Of a stretch of DNA of 64,000 nt, positions 37,954 through 46,955 are shown in pieces (the stretch's first letter is position 1; each line of letters opens with the position of its first letter). A model generated the notes under the pieces. It had not been told where the DNA came from and searched no databases. It saw nothing but the letters and a program-made list of their open reading frames with translations. Position numbers and translations under genes: made by a program. The stretch is from Deltaproteobacteria bacterium (lineage in GTDB: Bacteria; UBA10199; GCA-002796325; JACPFF01), in assembly GCA_016210045.1 (NCBI GenBank), contig JACQUX010000038.1, positions 165,139-229,138 on the forward strand, given 5' to 3'.

Positions 37954-40900
37954 CGTCGAAGTAGCGCGCGGCGGGATGGTGCACGATCAAGGCCGACGTG
38001 CTGGCTTCCGGATCCATTTGGAACGTCTCGCTGAGACTGACGCCGATCCGTTCCGGTTGCAGCAATTCAAACAGCAGCGCCTGATCCTCTAAATTCGGAC
38101 ACGCGGGATATCCGAAACTGTACCGACTCCCTTGATACCCTTGGTGATACAGTCCCTCGATCGTTGTCGCGTCGGCTCCCGTAATGCCAAGTTCCACGCG
38201 GATTGCCCGGTGCCAATATTCCGCCAACGCCTCCGCCGTTTCGACCGAAAGCCCGTGGAGATAGAGGTAATCCGTGTAATTGCCCGCTTCGTAATACTGC
38301 TGACACACGGCCTTCGCGCGCGCGCCGATCGTGACCACATGCAGCCCGATCACGTCCATCGTGCCCGCATCGAGCGGCCGGAAGAAATCCGCAATGCAGT
38401 GATACGGCTCTCGCGGCTGCCGCGGAAACGTAAACAGCACGCGCTCTTGCCGCGTCTCCGGATCCAACACGATCACGTCATTGCCCACCGCGCCACAGGG
38501 GAAATATCCGTACACCACCTGCGGCGCGAAAATCCCCTCCCGCTCCACGCGTCCCGTCAACTCGCGAAAGATCGGTTCAATTTTTTCCCGCACCAGCGCT
38601 TCATACTCCGCCTTCCGCATCTGCCCCTGCCGAAACTGCCACTGCCCCTTGAACAACGCCGTCCGATTAATCAACGGCCACAGTTGCCCCACAGCAATAT
38701 CCCCCACCACCCGCGTCCCCCAAAACGGCGGCGTAGGGATTGAAGCCGCCATCTTAATGGCAGAGCGCCTGCCTCGTCCCCCCAATAAAGTGGAGGATTG
38801 CGATGCAGCCGGAGACGGGATGGGGTCCGCGGGGGGGACTTGCGGAGCCCGCTGCAACGATGTTGTTGATACCGCAGCGGGCGAGCATGAGCGCGGCTGC
38901 GGCGCGTAAGCCGCAGCCGACGCGTGCCCCCCCGCGGACCCCATCCCGTCTCCGGCTGCCACCTTGCATTCCGAAACGACCGCTTCCATCACCCGCAACC
39001 CCTCGAACGCATCTTTACCATAATACACCGCCCGCCCATACGCGCTCGCCAAGTCGCTCTCCACAAAGCGCCGCGTCAACGCCGCCCCGCCGCAGATCAC
39101 TGGGATCGCCAGGCCGCGGTGCGACATCTCTTCCAAGTTTTCCTTCATGATCGCCGTCGACTTCACCAGCAAGCCCGACATCCCGATCGCGTGCGCCGCA
39201 TGCTGTTCCGCCGCCGCCAACATCTGTTCCAACGGGACTTTAATGCCGAGATTGTAGACCGTGTAGCCGTTGTTGGTCAGGATGATATCGACCAAGTTCT
39301 TTCCGATGTCATGCACGTCGCCTTTTACCGTTGCCAACACGATCTTCCCCTTCGATTGGCCCTCGACCCGCTCCATGTGCGGTTCCAGGAATGTCACTGC
39401 GGCTTTCATGACTTCCGCCGACTGGAGCACAAACGGGAGTTGCATCTTGCCGGCGCCGAACAACTCGCCCACGACTTTCATCCCGTCGAGCAGGATCGTG
39501 TTGATAATTTCGAGCGGCGCGTAGCGCCCCATTGCCTCGCGGAGCAACGGTTCCAAGTCGGTGCGGCGTCCGTTGATGATCCGTTGTTTCAACCGTTCTT
39601 CGAGCGGTGCGGCGCGATCCTCCGCTTCGCTGGGACCCGTCTCCAAACGGTTCGTCTGAAAATAGGCCATGAACGCCGTGAGCGGATCGCCTTGGCTGCG
39701 GTCGTTGTGCACCAGCCGCTGCGCCAACTGGAGTGCCGCATCGGGGATTCGGTTGAGCGGCAAGATCTTCGCGGCGTGGACAATGGCGGCGTCGAGCCCG
39801 GCCTCGACAGCGGCGTGCAAGAAGACGCTGTTCAACACGACGCGGGCCGCCGGATCGAGGCCGAACGAAATATTGCTGACGCCCAAGACCGTGCGCACGC
39901 CGGGCAATGTGGCCTTGACTTGGCGAATTCCGGCAAGCGTCTGGACGCCGGCATCATGAAATTCAGCGTCGCCGCTGCCGAGCGTGAACGTCAGCGTGTC
40001 GAACAACAGATCTTCCGGCTTCAGGCCGTATTCTTCCACACAGAGGCGATAGATCCGTTGCGCAATGGCGACTTTTTGTTCCGCGCGCTTCGCCATCCCT
40101 TGTTCGTCGATGGTCAGCGCAATCACGCCGGCGCCGAAGCGCCGCGCCAGTTCCAAGACACGCCGCGCGCGCGCGTCGCCGTCTTCCAAGTTGATCGAGT
40201 TGATCAGGCAGCGTCCGCCGGCGAGCGCGAGCGCGTGCTCCAACACCGGGAGCTCGGTGGTGTCGATCACGAGTGGCAGCGGAACTTGCGTGACATAGCG
40301 GCGGATCGTTTCCGTCATATCGCGCACTTCGTCGCGGCCCACGTACGCTACGCAAACGTCGAGCGCGTGACAGCCTTCGGCGACTTGTTCTTTCGCCATC
40401 TCGACCAGGCCATCCCAATCGTCGCGTTGCAATAAGTCGCGGAATTTTTTCGACCCGTTCGCATTGGTCCGCTCGCCGATCAGAAACGGCCGCGGCTCTT
40501 GGTCGAGCGCTTGCGCGGTGTACATGCTGCTCACCGCGGGCGTCCATTCCACCGTGCGGGCGTTGGGCGCTCGTCCGGCCAGCGCGATGGAGAGTGCGCG
40601 GATATGTTCGTCGGTCGTCCCGCAGCAGCCGCCAACTGCGGCGACGCCGTAATGCTCGACGAAATACGTCTGCCACTGGACGAATTCCTCCGGCGTGAGG
40701 CGGTAATGGGCGTGGCCGCCGACATTTTCCGGCAGTCCGGCGTTTGGATTGATCACGATCGGGACGGGACAGTGTTGACTTAAATGGCGGACGTTGTCTT
40801 CCATCTCCTTCGGACCGGTCGCGCAGTTCATTCCGAAGAGATCGATGCCATACGGCAGCAATGCCGTGCAGGCCGCGCCGATTTCGGTGCCGATCAACAT

Positions 40901-41491
40901 GGTGCCGGTCTGTTCGATCGTGACGGAGACGAGGATCGGGACGCGCTGTCCGGCCGTGGCCATCGCCTCGTGCGCCGCGACGATCGCGGCCTTGACTTGC
41001 AGCAAGTCCTGACAGGTCTCGATCGCGAAGAGATCCACGCCGCCTTCGAGTAATCCGAGACATTGTTCGGCATATGAAAGGCGCAATTCGTCGAATGTGG
41101 TTTGCCCTAAGGTGGCGAGTTTAGTGCCGGGACCGATCGAGCCGGCCACAAAGCGCGGTCGTTCCGGCGTGGCGAATTGGTCGGCGGTCCGTCGCGCGAG
41201 CGCGGCGGCGCTGCGATTCAGTTCTTGCGCCTGTGCAGCGATGTCGTACTCCGCCAATACGATCCGGTTGGCGCCGAACGTATCAGTCTCGACGATGTCG
41301 GCGCCGGCCGCATAATAGCGGGTATGAATGTCGGCAATCGTATCTGGGCGGGTGACGACCAGATATTCGTTGCACCCCTCCAGCGCCTTGCCGCCGAAAT
41401 CGTCCGCGGTCAGCCCGACCCGTTGGATCATCGTGCCCATGCCACCGTCGAATACGAGCACGCGCCGTTGTAGAAGCGTCAACAGTTCCAC
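37946..41491 (-). CDS. metH: Cobalamin-dependent methionine synthase
   Basis: DGGMGT, GMNCATGP, GGCCGT, IGERTNANGS, GDVHDIGKNLV and RYSFGYPACP. Confidence 0.98.
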   Translation of the reverse strand: MELLTLLQRRVLVFDGGMGTMIQRVGLTADDFGGKALEGCNEYLVVTRPDTIADIHTRYYAAGADIVETDTFGANRIVLAEYDIAAQAQELNRSAAALARRTADQFATPERPRFVAGSIGPGTKLATLGQTTFDELRLSYAEQCLGLLEGGVDLFAIETCQDLLQVKAAIVAAHEAMATAGQRVPILVSVTIEQTGTMLIGTEIGAACTALLPYGIDLFGMNCATGPKEMEDNVRHLSQHCPVPIVINPNAGLPENVGGHAHYRLTPEEFVQWQTYFVEHYGVAAVGGCCGTTDEHIRALSIALAGRAPNARTVEWTPAVSSMYTAQALDQEPRPFLIGERTNANGSKKFRDLLQRDDWDGLVEMAKEQVAEGCHALDVCVAYVGRDEVRDMTETIRRYVTQVPLPLVIDTTELPVLEHALALAGGRCLINSINLEDGDARARRVLELARRFGAGVIALTIDEQGMAKRAEQKVAIAQRIYRLCVEEYGLKPEDLLFDTLTFTLGSGDAEFHDAGVQTLAGIRQVKATLPGVRTVLGVSNISFGLDPAARVVLNSVFLHAAVEAGLDAAIVHAAKILPLNRIPDAALQLAQRLVHNDRSQGDPLTAFMAYFQTNRLETGPSEAEDRAAPLEERLKQRIINGRRTDLEPLLREAMGRYAPLEIINTILLDGMKVVGELFGAGKMQLPFVLQSAEVMKAAVTFLEPHMERVEGQSKGKIVLATVKGDVHDIGKNLVDIILTNNGYTVYNLGIKVPLEQMLAAAEQHAAHAIGMSGLLVKSTAIMKENLEEMSHRGLAIPVICGGAALTRRFVESDLASAYGRAVYYGKDAFEGLRVMEAVVSECKVAAGDGMGSAGGHASAAAYAPQPRSCSPAAVSTTSLQRAPQVPPADPIPSPAASQSSTLLGGRGRRSAIKMAASIPTPPFWGTRVVGDIAVGQLWPLINRTALFKGQWQFRQGQMRKAEYEALVREKIEPIFRELTGRVEREGIFAPQVVYGYFPCGAVGNDVIVLDPETRQERVLFTFPRQPREPYHCIADFFRPLDAGTMDVIGLHVVTIGARAKAVCQQYYEAGNYTDYLYLHGLSVETAEALAEYWHRAIRVELGITGADATTIEGLYHQGYQGSRYSFGYPACPNLEDQALLFELLQPERIGVSLSETFQMDPEASTSALIVHHPAARYFDVK
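38805..38959. mobile_element. Palindromic element embedded in frame in metH
   Basis: Perfect 33-bp arms at 38805-38837 and 38927-38959 enclosing two hairpins. Confidence 0.8.
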
Positions 41492-41540
41492 GCGCGGGGC
41501 TTACTAAGGTCCAGGGGCGGGGGTCAAGGGGTGAGAGGGA

Positions 41541-41580
41541 AATGCAAACGGCAAAATGCAAAAATCAAAAGGCAAAATGC
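41541..41580. repeat. A-rich heptamer tandem repeat
   Basis: aatgcaa acggcaa aatgcaa aaatcaa aaggcaa. Confidence 0.7.
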
Positions 41581-41618
41581 CGGGACCACGTCCGAACCGT
41601 TTGCGGAGGCCGGTCCCT

Positions 41619-42056
41619 TCACAGCGGATTAATGACGTGCAGCTTCGGGATGCGGCGGAATTCCGTGTCGCGTGTGAAGATCGTGTCGATGCCGTGTTCG
41701 CGCATGATCGCCGCAATCCGGCAGTCGTGGACAAAACTTCCGCGCACGGCGCCGACGTCCTGCAAGATCGCTTGCAGCGTCGTCCAATATCCTTCGCCTT
41801 CGGTGAGGAGGCGCAATGTCGGGAGCGCCAACAATGACGTCACGTTGGCGCACGCCTCCTGAAGAGAGAAGAGGGGCGGCGCGCCGCCGAACGACTGGGT
41901 CACGAAGGCGAGATATTCGCCGATGTTGATCCATGTGATGGCGTATGAAGATCGGTCCTGTGCCACTTGATCCAGGAATGCACGGGCCGCCCGATGCTCC
42001 GGCGCGGCCTCACTCGAGGCGTAAATGAGGATGTTCGTGTCGATCAGGCCGTGCAC
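41619..42056 (-). CDS. vapC: VapC/PIN-domain toxin
   Basis: LIDTNILIYA, NIGE, VHDCRIAA and TRDTEF. Confidence 0.9.
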   Translation of the reverse strand: MHGLIDTNILIYASSEAAPEHRAARAFLDQVAQDRSSYAITWINIGEYLAFVTQSFGGAPPLFSLQEACANVTSLLALPTLRLLTEGEGYWTTLQAILQDVGAVRGSFVHDCRIAAIMREHGIDTIFTRDTEFRRIPKLHVINPL

Positions 42057-42313
42057 GGCAGTGGTCGCTCCAAATCAGGGAGATACGAAGTGCGATCCGC
42101 AGGGTCGATGCCGGCCGGAAGCGGACGTTTGCTCGTGTGCCACGTGGCCAGCCGGGCGGCCGCCGTATGCCGCCGCTCCGTGCGCGCCTCCAAGCCGCCG
42201 CGAATGAGTTCCACCACAAGGTGTTTCAATCGTCGGCCCTCGCTCACGCACAGCCGTTTGAGGGTGCGCAACAACTGGTCGTCCATTTCGATGGTGGTTC
42301 GATGCATCGTCAA
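42044..42313 (-). CDS. VapB-like ribbon-helix-helix antitoxin
   Basis: RTTIEMDDQLL..LK; overlaps the PIN gene. Confidence 0.8.
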   Translation of the reverse strand: MTMHRTTIEMDDQLLRTLKRLCVSEGRRLKHLVVELIRGGLEARTERRHTAAARLATWHTSKRPLPAGIDPADRTSYLPDLERPLPCTA

Positions 42314-42397
42314 AAATGATAAAATGTTCCAATGAATGTGTCAATATGTGAAAACCTTCCGATTGCACCCCCGTTGGGGGCGTGGCACAATGGTCGC

Positions 42398-45300
42398 GTG
42401 ATCGAAAAGAGTCTGAACCTCGGCCATCTGGCCGAGGATTTTGCAAAGTTGTTGGTCGATGTCCCGGGCGAATCCCTGCCCGAAGACACGATTCAATTGG
42501 AGGAAGGAGAGCGACGCGAAGTCACGATCCTTTTCCTCGATATCGTCGGCTATACGCGGCTGGCGGAACAACTCGATCCGGAACAACTCAAGTTCGTCAT
42601 CTCGAACACGTTGCAAGTCTTTACCAATCAGATCAAACGCTGCGGCGGGACGGTCGAGAAATACGTCGGCGACGCGATCATGGCGTTGTTCGGCCGTTCG
42701 GAGGCGCACGAAGACGATTCGCGGCGCGCGGTGGCCGCCGCGCGCGCCATCTTGGAACGGCTCGAAGACATCAACAGCATCCTGGCGCAGAAGGGGATCA
42801 ACATCAGTTGTCGGATCGGCGTGAATCGCGGTTTGATCGTCACCGGACAGATGGGCGAACACGACACCGTGACCGGCGAAGCGATCAATATCGCGCAACG
42901 GTTGGAAGCCAACGCCCCATCGAACGGGATTCTCGTCTCCGACTCTGTTTTTGCGGAATGTCAGGCATATTACGATTGCCAAGCCTTGCCGCCGCTGCAT
43001 GTGAAAAATAAGACCGAGCCGGTGATCGTCTATTTAGTGAGCGACGAAAAGGCCGGCGGCGATCGCGTGATGATCCGGCATGAAGGGACGTTCGCGGGAC
43101 GGGAAGGGGAACGGTCGACGTTGCGGGCGGTGTGGGAGCGGGCCGCGCAAGGGCAAATGGGTTTGGTGCAGGTGGTCGGCGAGGCCGGGGTCGGCAAGAG
43201 CGCGCTGTTGCAAGCGGTGATGCAGGAAATGCGGTCCGAGACGTTGCGCGCGGCGACCGTGTATTTCAAGGCCGATTCGTTCGGATTGACGCCCTACCAT
43301 GTCCTTTCGGACTTGGTGCGGGAATATTTGGCCGGACACGTGACGAGTCTCGAGGACTTTATCGCGGCGATTCCGGACGCGGCGTTGCGCGACGGTCTCG
43401 GCGCGTATCGACTGTATCTCACAGATATTCTCGGATTGCCGCTCGGTGAAGACGATCGGCAGCGCTTATCGCGGATGGATCCGCGGGCGCGCCAAGCGGA
43501 AACCAATTTGGCGTTGAAACGCTTTATCGAAGCCGCCGTGGCGACCGAACGCGTCCGTGGTGCGCTGCCGCTGGTGATCGCGGTCGACAACTTTCAATGG
43601 GTCACGCATGCCTCGCGCGAGGCGCTCAGTCAAATCATCCAGACGTTGCCGTCCGAATCGGCGGTACTCTGGCTGATGGCGGGGCGCAGCGGCGATGCGG
43701 CGCCATGGTTGTCGGCGCAATTGGGGGCAACCGTGTTGCAACTCACGCCGTTGCCGTTCGAGGCCGCAGCGACACTGATTCGGGCGCGTTTCCCGGAACG
43801 CGTGTTAGGCGACGAGTTTTGTCGTCGTCTGTTTTTGCGCAGCGGCGGCAACGCGCTGTTTCTCAACGAACTGGTCGGCGAGTTGCGGCACGACAGCGAT
43901 CTGAGCGATGTCAGTTTCGCTGAGCGGCTGCCGTCGTCGATCAAGGCGTTAGTGTTGTCGCGTCTGGATCGACTGCCGCGTCCGGAAAAATTCGCGCTGC
44001 AACTCGGCGCGTTGGCGGGGCGGGAATTTTCCGAAGACCTGTTGCGCCATGTGCTGCGGCGCGCGATGTACGATTACGACGCCACGCAACTGATCGAACG
44101 GCTCTGTGCCGCGAATTTCCTGGCCCGCAGCGATCACGGCGTCACGATCGCGCAGCCGATGCTGACCGAAGTCGCGTACTCCACGATTTTGTACGCCAAT
44201 CGCCGCAAACTCCACGCGACCGTCGCGCAGTGGGTGGAAGACAATCGTCCCGACATCTCGATTTACGCCGCGTATTTGGCCGAACAGTGGGAGCGGGCCG
44301 AGGAATATGCGAAGGCGTATCATTACTATGCCGACGCCGGGCATTCCGCGCGGCGCCGCTATGCGCAACGCGAAGCGGCGACATTCCTTGAAAAGGCCCT
44401 CAAGTTCCGATCGGCGGCGAATGCGACTCCGGACCAATTGGCGGAGGTGTACGGACATTTGGTCGGCGCGTTCGAGGCGTTGGGCGATCAGGAAAAATGG
44501 CAATTGTATTTAAAAGAAGGGTTGCAATATGCTCCGCCCGAAAGCCGGATGCATTTTCGCTTTCGCTTGTCCGCGATCGAAGTGGAGCAGCGCTATGGCG
44601 ACCGCGCGAAGGCAAAAGAGCGATTGGCTGTGTTTCTTGCCGATGCCGCCGTGCAGGCCAATGCGGAAGTCCATTTGCGGGCGTTGCTGACGGCCAGTAA
44701 TTTTGCGAACGATCAAGGCGCCGACGACACCGCCTTCATCGGCACGGCATTGGCGTTGCGTCCCAAAATTCAAGACGTGGATCTCCAAGAGAAACTCGAT
44801 CATTGCGTGTTTAATCATTACAAAAACGCGGACGAGCTGACGCAAGCGGAACAATATCTCATGCGGCTGCTGGATGCGGCGCAGACGGATTTTCGGCGTC
44901 ATTTGTGCGATCTTTTTTATTGTTCGTTCGCGTGGGATCGTGGCGTTGATTTCGCGGCGATCATGACGCGGGCGTTGGCGGCGCAGAACTATTGGCGAGA
45001 AGTCGGCTGGGTGCGGGGCGTCGGCTGGGGCGCGTTTTATCGAGGCGCGGCGTTATGGCGGATGAGCCGTTACACGGAGGCGCGGCAGGTCTTCATTGAA
45101 GGCGTCAAGGAATTAGAACGCGCGCGGGACCAATTCATGTTGGGTAAATTGGAACTCGTGTTGGCGGCGATCCATCTATTCAGCGGCGATCAAGTGAATT
45201 ACCAAGTGCGGAAGAATCGGATTCTCACGCACGCGCAGCAGACGTCGGAATCGGAATGGCTCGCGCTGCGGCGCGAATTTGCGATGTTCGAAGGCCAATG

Positions 45301-45757
45301 CCTCGAGCCGCGCCATGCGCTGACGGGCGTGTATGAAGAACTCGTCGCGACCGGGTCGGCGCCGTTAGCGAAGGTGCAGATCGACGAATATACCGTCACA
45401 TTGGCGCTCGTGGCCGTGCAGTTAGGCCACACCGTGGAGGCGGAACAGTTAATCCACAAAGTGGGTCCGCATATTCGCGACAATGAAAAGACGTGGCTGT
45501 GGGGACTGTGCGGCCGGGTCGAGGCGTTGATCGCCGCGGCGCGGGAGGAGTGGGAACCGATGGAACGGTCGTTTGCGGAGAGCGTGCTGCGGTTTCAAAA
45601 ACTCGGCGCGCTGTACGACGCGTATCAGACCTATCGCGGTTGGTGGCGGGCGTTGAAGCAGCGAGGATTGGGAGAAACGCCGACCGGGGCAACGGTCCAG
45701 CAAGCGCTGGCGCAGCTGGCGGTTTCGGTGGGTGTGCCGGGGGAGGGACGGGGATGA
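42398..45757 (+). CDS. Class III adenylate/guanylate cyclase + STAND-type AAA ATPase + TPR-like protein
   Basis: LFLDIVGYT, EKYVGDA, TVTGEAINIAQRL, Walker A GEAGVGKS, VDNFQW, SGGNALF and helical repeats. GTG 42398 follows TTGCAC-N17-CACAAT; the ORF track starts at 42332. Confidence 0.9.
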   Translation: MIEKSLNLGHLAEDFAKLLVDVPGESLPEDTIQLEEGERREVTILFLDIVGYTRLAEQLDPEQLKFVISNTLQVFTNQIKRCGGTVEKYVGDAIMALFGRSEAHEDDSRRAVAAARAILERLEDINSILAQKGINISCRIGVNRGLIVTGQMGEHDTVTGEAINIAQRLEANAPSNGILVSDSVFAECQAYYDCQALPPLHVKNKTEPVIVYLVSDEKAGGDRVMIRHEGTFAGREGERSTLRAVWERAAQGQMGLVQVVGEAGVGKSALLQAVMQEMRSETLRAATVYFKADSFGLTPYHVLSDLVREYLAGHVTSLEDFIAAIPDAALRDGLGAYRLYLTDILGLPLGEDDRQRLSRMDPRARQAETNLALKRFIEAAVATERVRGALPLVIAVDNFQWVTHASREALSQIIQTLPSESAVLWLMAGRSGDAAPWLSAQLGATVLQLTPLPFEAAATLIRARFPERVLGDEFCRRLFLRSGGNALFLNELVGELRHDSDLSDVSFAERLPSSIKALVLSRLDRLPRPEKFALQLGALAGREFSEDLLRHVLRRAMYDYDATQLIERLCAANFLARSDHGVTIAQPMLTEVAYSTILYANRRKLHATVAQWVEDNRPDISIYAAYLAEQWERAEEYAKAYHYYADAGHSARRRYAQREAATFLEKALKFRSAANATPDQLAEVYGHLVGAFEALGDQEKWQLYLKEGLQYAPPESRMHFRFRLSAIEVEQRYGDRAKAKERLAVFLADAAVQANAEVHLRALLTASNFANDQGADDTAFIGTALALRPKIQDVDLQEKLDHCVFNHYKNADELTQAEQYLMRLLDAAQTDFRRHLCDLFYCSFAWDRGVDFAAIMTRALAAQNYWREVGWVRGVGWGAFYRGAALWRMSRYTEARQVFIEGVKELERARDQFMLGKLELVLAAIHLFSGDQVNYQVRKNRILTHAQQTSESEWLALRREFAMFEGQCLEPRHALTGVYEELVATGSAPLAKVQIDEYTVTLALVAVQLGHTVEAEQLIHKVGPHIRDNEKTWLWGLCGRVEALIAAAREEWEPMERSFAESVLRFQKLGALYDAYQTYRGWWRALKQRGLGETPTGATVQQALAQLAVSVGVPGEGRG

Positions 45758-46431
45758 CCGACATGCACGACGTGATGATCACGCTTTTTTCGGGACTCGA
45801 CGCGGCCGCATTGGCCGGCGTGCGCCAGCGGGCGGAGCCGCGCGACTTCGACGGTAACGTGGCGATCATTCGCGAAGGGGAGCCGGGCGATGCGCTGTAT
45901 ATTATTGTGCAAGGGACAGTGGCCATCATTAAACATGCGGCGAGCGGACGCGGCGACTTGCTGGGCATTTTGGGGCGCGGTGAATACGTCGGCGAGATGG
46001 CGCTGCTGACCGTTGCGCCACGCTCGGCCTCGGTCATCACGTTGGAGCCGGTCAAGACGTTGGCGATCAGTCACGCCCATTTCGGGCAATTCGTCGAACA
46101 ATTCCCCGGCGCCGGGGCGCAGATTTTCCGGACCTTTGCAACGACGCTGAGCGCCCGGTTGCAGCGCGTGACGGAAAAATTGGGGGAACTCTTGACCCCG
46201 ACCGCCGCGCGGGCCTCGCAGGCTGCGTCCGTGGACGCGAGTATCAGCCAGCCCGATGCCGAACTCTCGACGCCGGCTGCGGTGCTGAAAGGCACTGTGG
46301 ATCTGTTGTCCCAAACGGCCTTGACGCCGGAACGGCGGCAGGAATTCTTGCGCACGATGACGATTCAAGCGGAACGCTTGGTCGGTCTGTTGCGCACGGC
46401 GAACGGATTGAGTCATGAACAGACGCAGTAA
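45754..46431 (+). CDS. Cyclic nucleotide-binding domain protein with HisKA-like C-terminal hairpin
   Basis: REGEPGDALYII and GEMALLTVAPRSASV; C-terminal DAELSTP...LTPERRQEFL..QAERL; ATGA overlap with the cyclase. Confidence 0.85.
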   Translation: MTDMHDVMITLFSGLDAAALAGVRQRAEPRDFDGNVAIIREGEPGDALYIIVQGTVAIIKHAASGRGDLLGILGRGEYVGEMALLTVAPRSASVITLEPVKTLAISHAHFGQFVEQFPGAGAQIFRTFATTLSARLQRVTEKLGELLTPTAARASQAASVDASISQPDAELSTPAAVLKGTVDLLSQTALTPERRQEFLRTMTIQAERLVGLLRTANGLSHEQTQ

Positions 46432-46849
46432 CTGCGGCGTGATCATCCTGTTGGCGCTAGCGGCGTGCAGTGCCGTGGGCTGCCGCGATTCGCGCTACTA
46501 CGGAACGGTCGAAGATTTGGTCTTCGATTCGGTGCCGGAAAAACACGACTTGATGACACAAACCATTAGTGGATTTGTGACTTGCCCGACCTGTCCGCCG
46601 GATACCTCCAGTATGTTGATCGAAGTGCGTGGTCCGCAATTATTGACCGCAGAGCCGTTAGTGAGTGAACCCTTCGCGCGGGTCGGGGCCTACGAAGTCA
46701 CCGTGAAGGTGCGGCCCGGCGAACCTCTCGTCGTCGAAGCGACCATCTTTACCAGCGGCGGGCTCCGCAACGTCTCACAAGAAGTCATGGCCATCGCCGA
46801 CGCCCCCGATGGGACCGCGAGTATGACGGTGAATTTGCGCGTGGAATGA
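46415..46849 (+). CDS. Putative lipoprotein
   Basis: Lipobox-like LAAC/AVGC, a CPTC motif and overlap with the upstream gene. Confidence 0.65.
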   Translation: MNRRSNCGVIILLALAACSAVGCRDSRYYGTVEDLVFDSVPEKHDLMTQTISGFVTCPTCPPDTSSMLIEVRGPQLLTAEPLVSEPFARVGAYEVTVKVRPGEPLVVEATIFTSGGLRNVSQEVMAIADAPDGTASMTVNLRVE

Positions 46850-46850
46850 G

Positions 46851-46951
46851 TGGCTGGTAAGCGGCGCGCATAGCACACGTTGTTCCCAGCCACCAGTCAC
46901 GAGTCACCAGCCACCGCTTTTCCCAGTCACCAGTCACTAGCCACCAGTCAC
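46851..46951. repeat. Heptamer CCAG(T/C)CA arrays
   Basis: ccagcca ccagtca cgagtca ccagcca ... ccagtca ccagtca ctagcca ccagtca. Confidence 0.8.
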
Positions 46952-46955
46952 GCAT

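Noticed and set aside
38924..40435. Long antisense ORFs (e.g. 503 aa opposite metH and others opposite rho and the MMPL gene)
   Set aside because: Expected shadow ORFs of GC-rich codon usage, with no motifs of their own
42398..46431. Canonical Pycsar or CBASS system
   Set aside because: The cyclase is a multidomain adenylate-type STAND protein, and the CNBD partner has no TIR or TM effector domain
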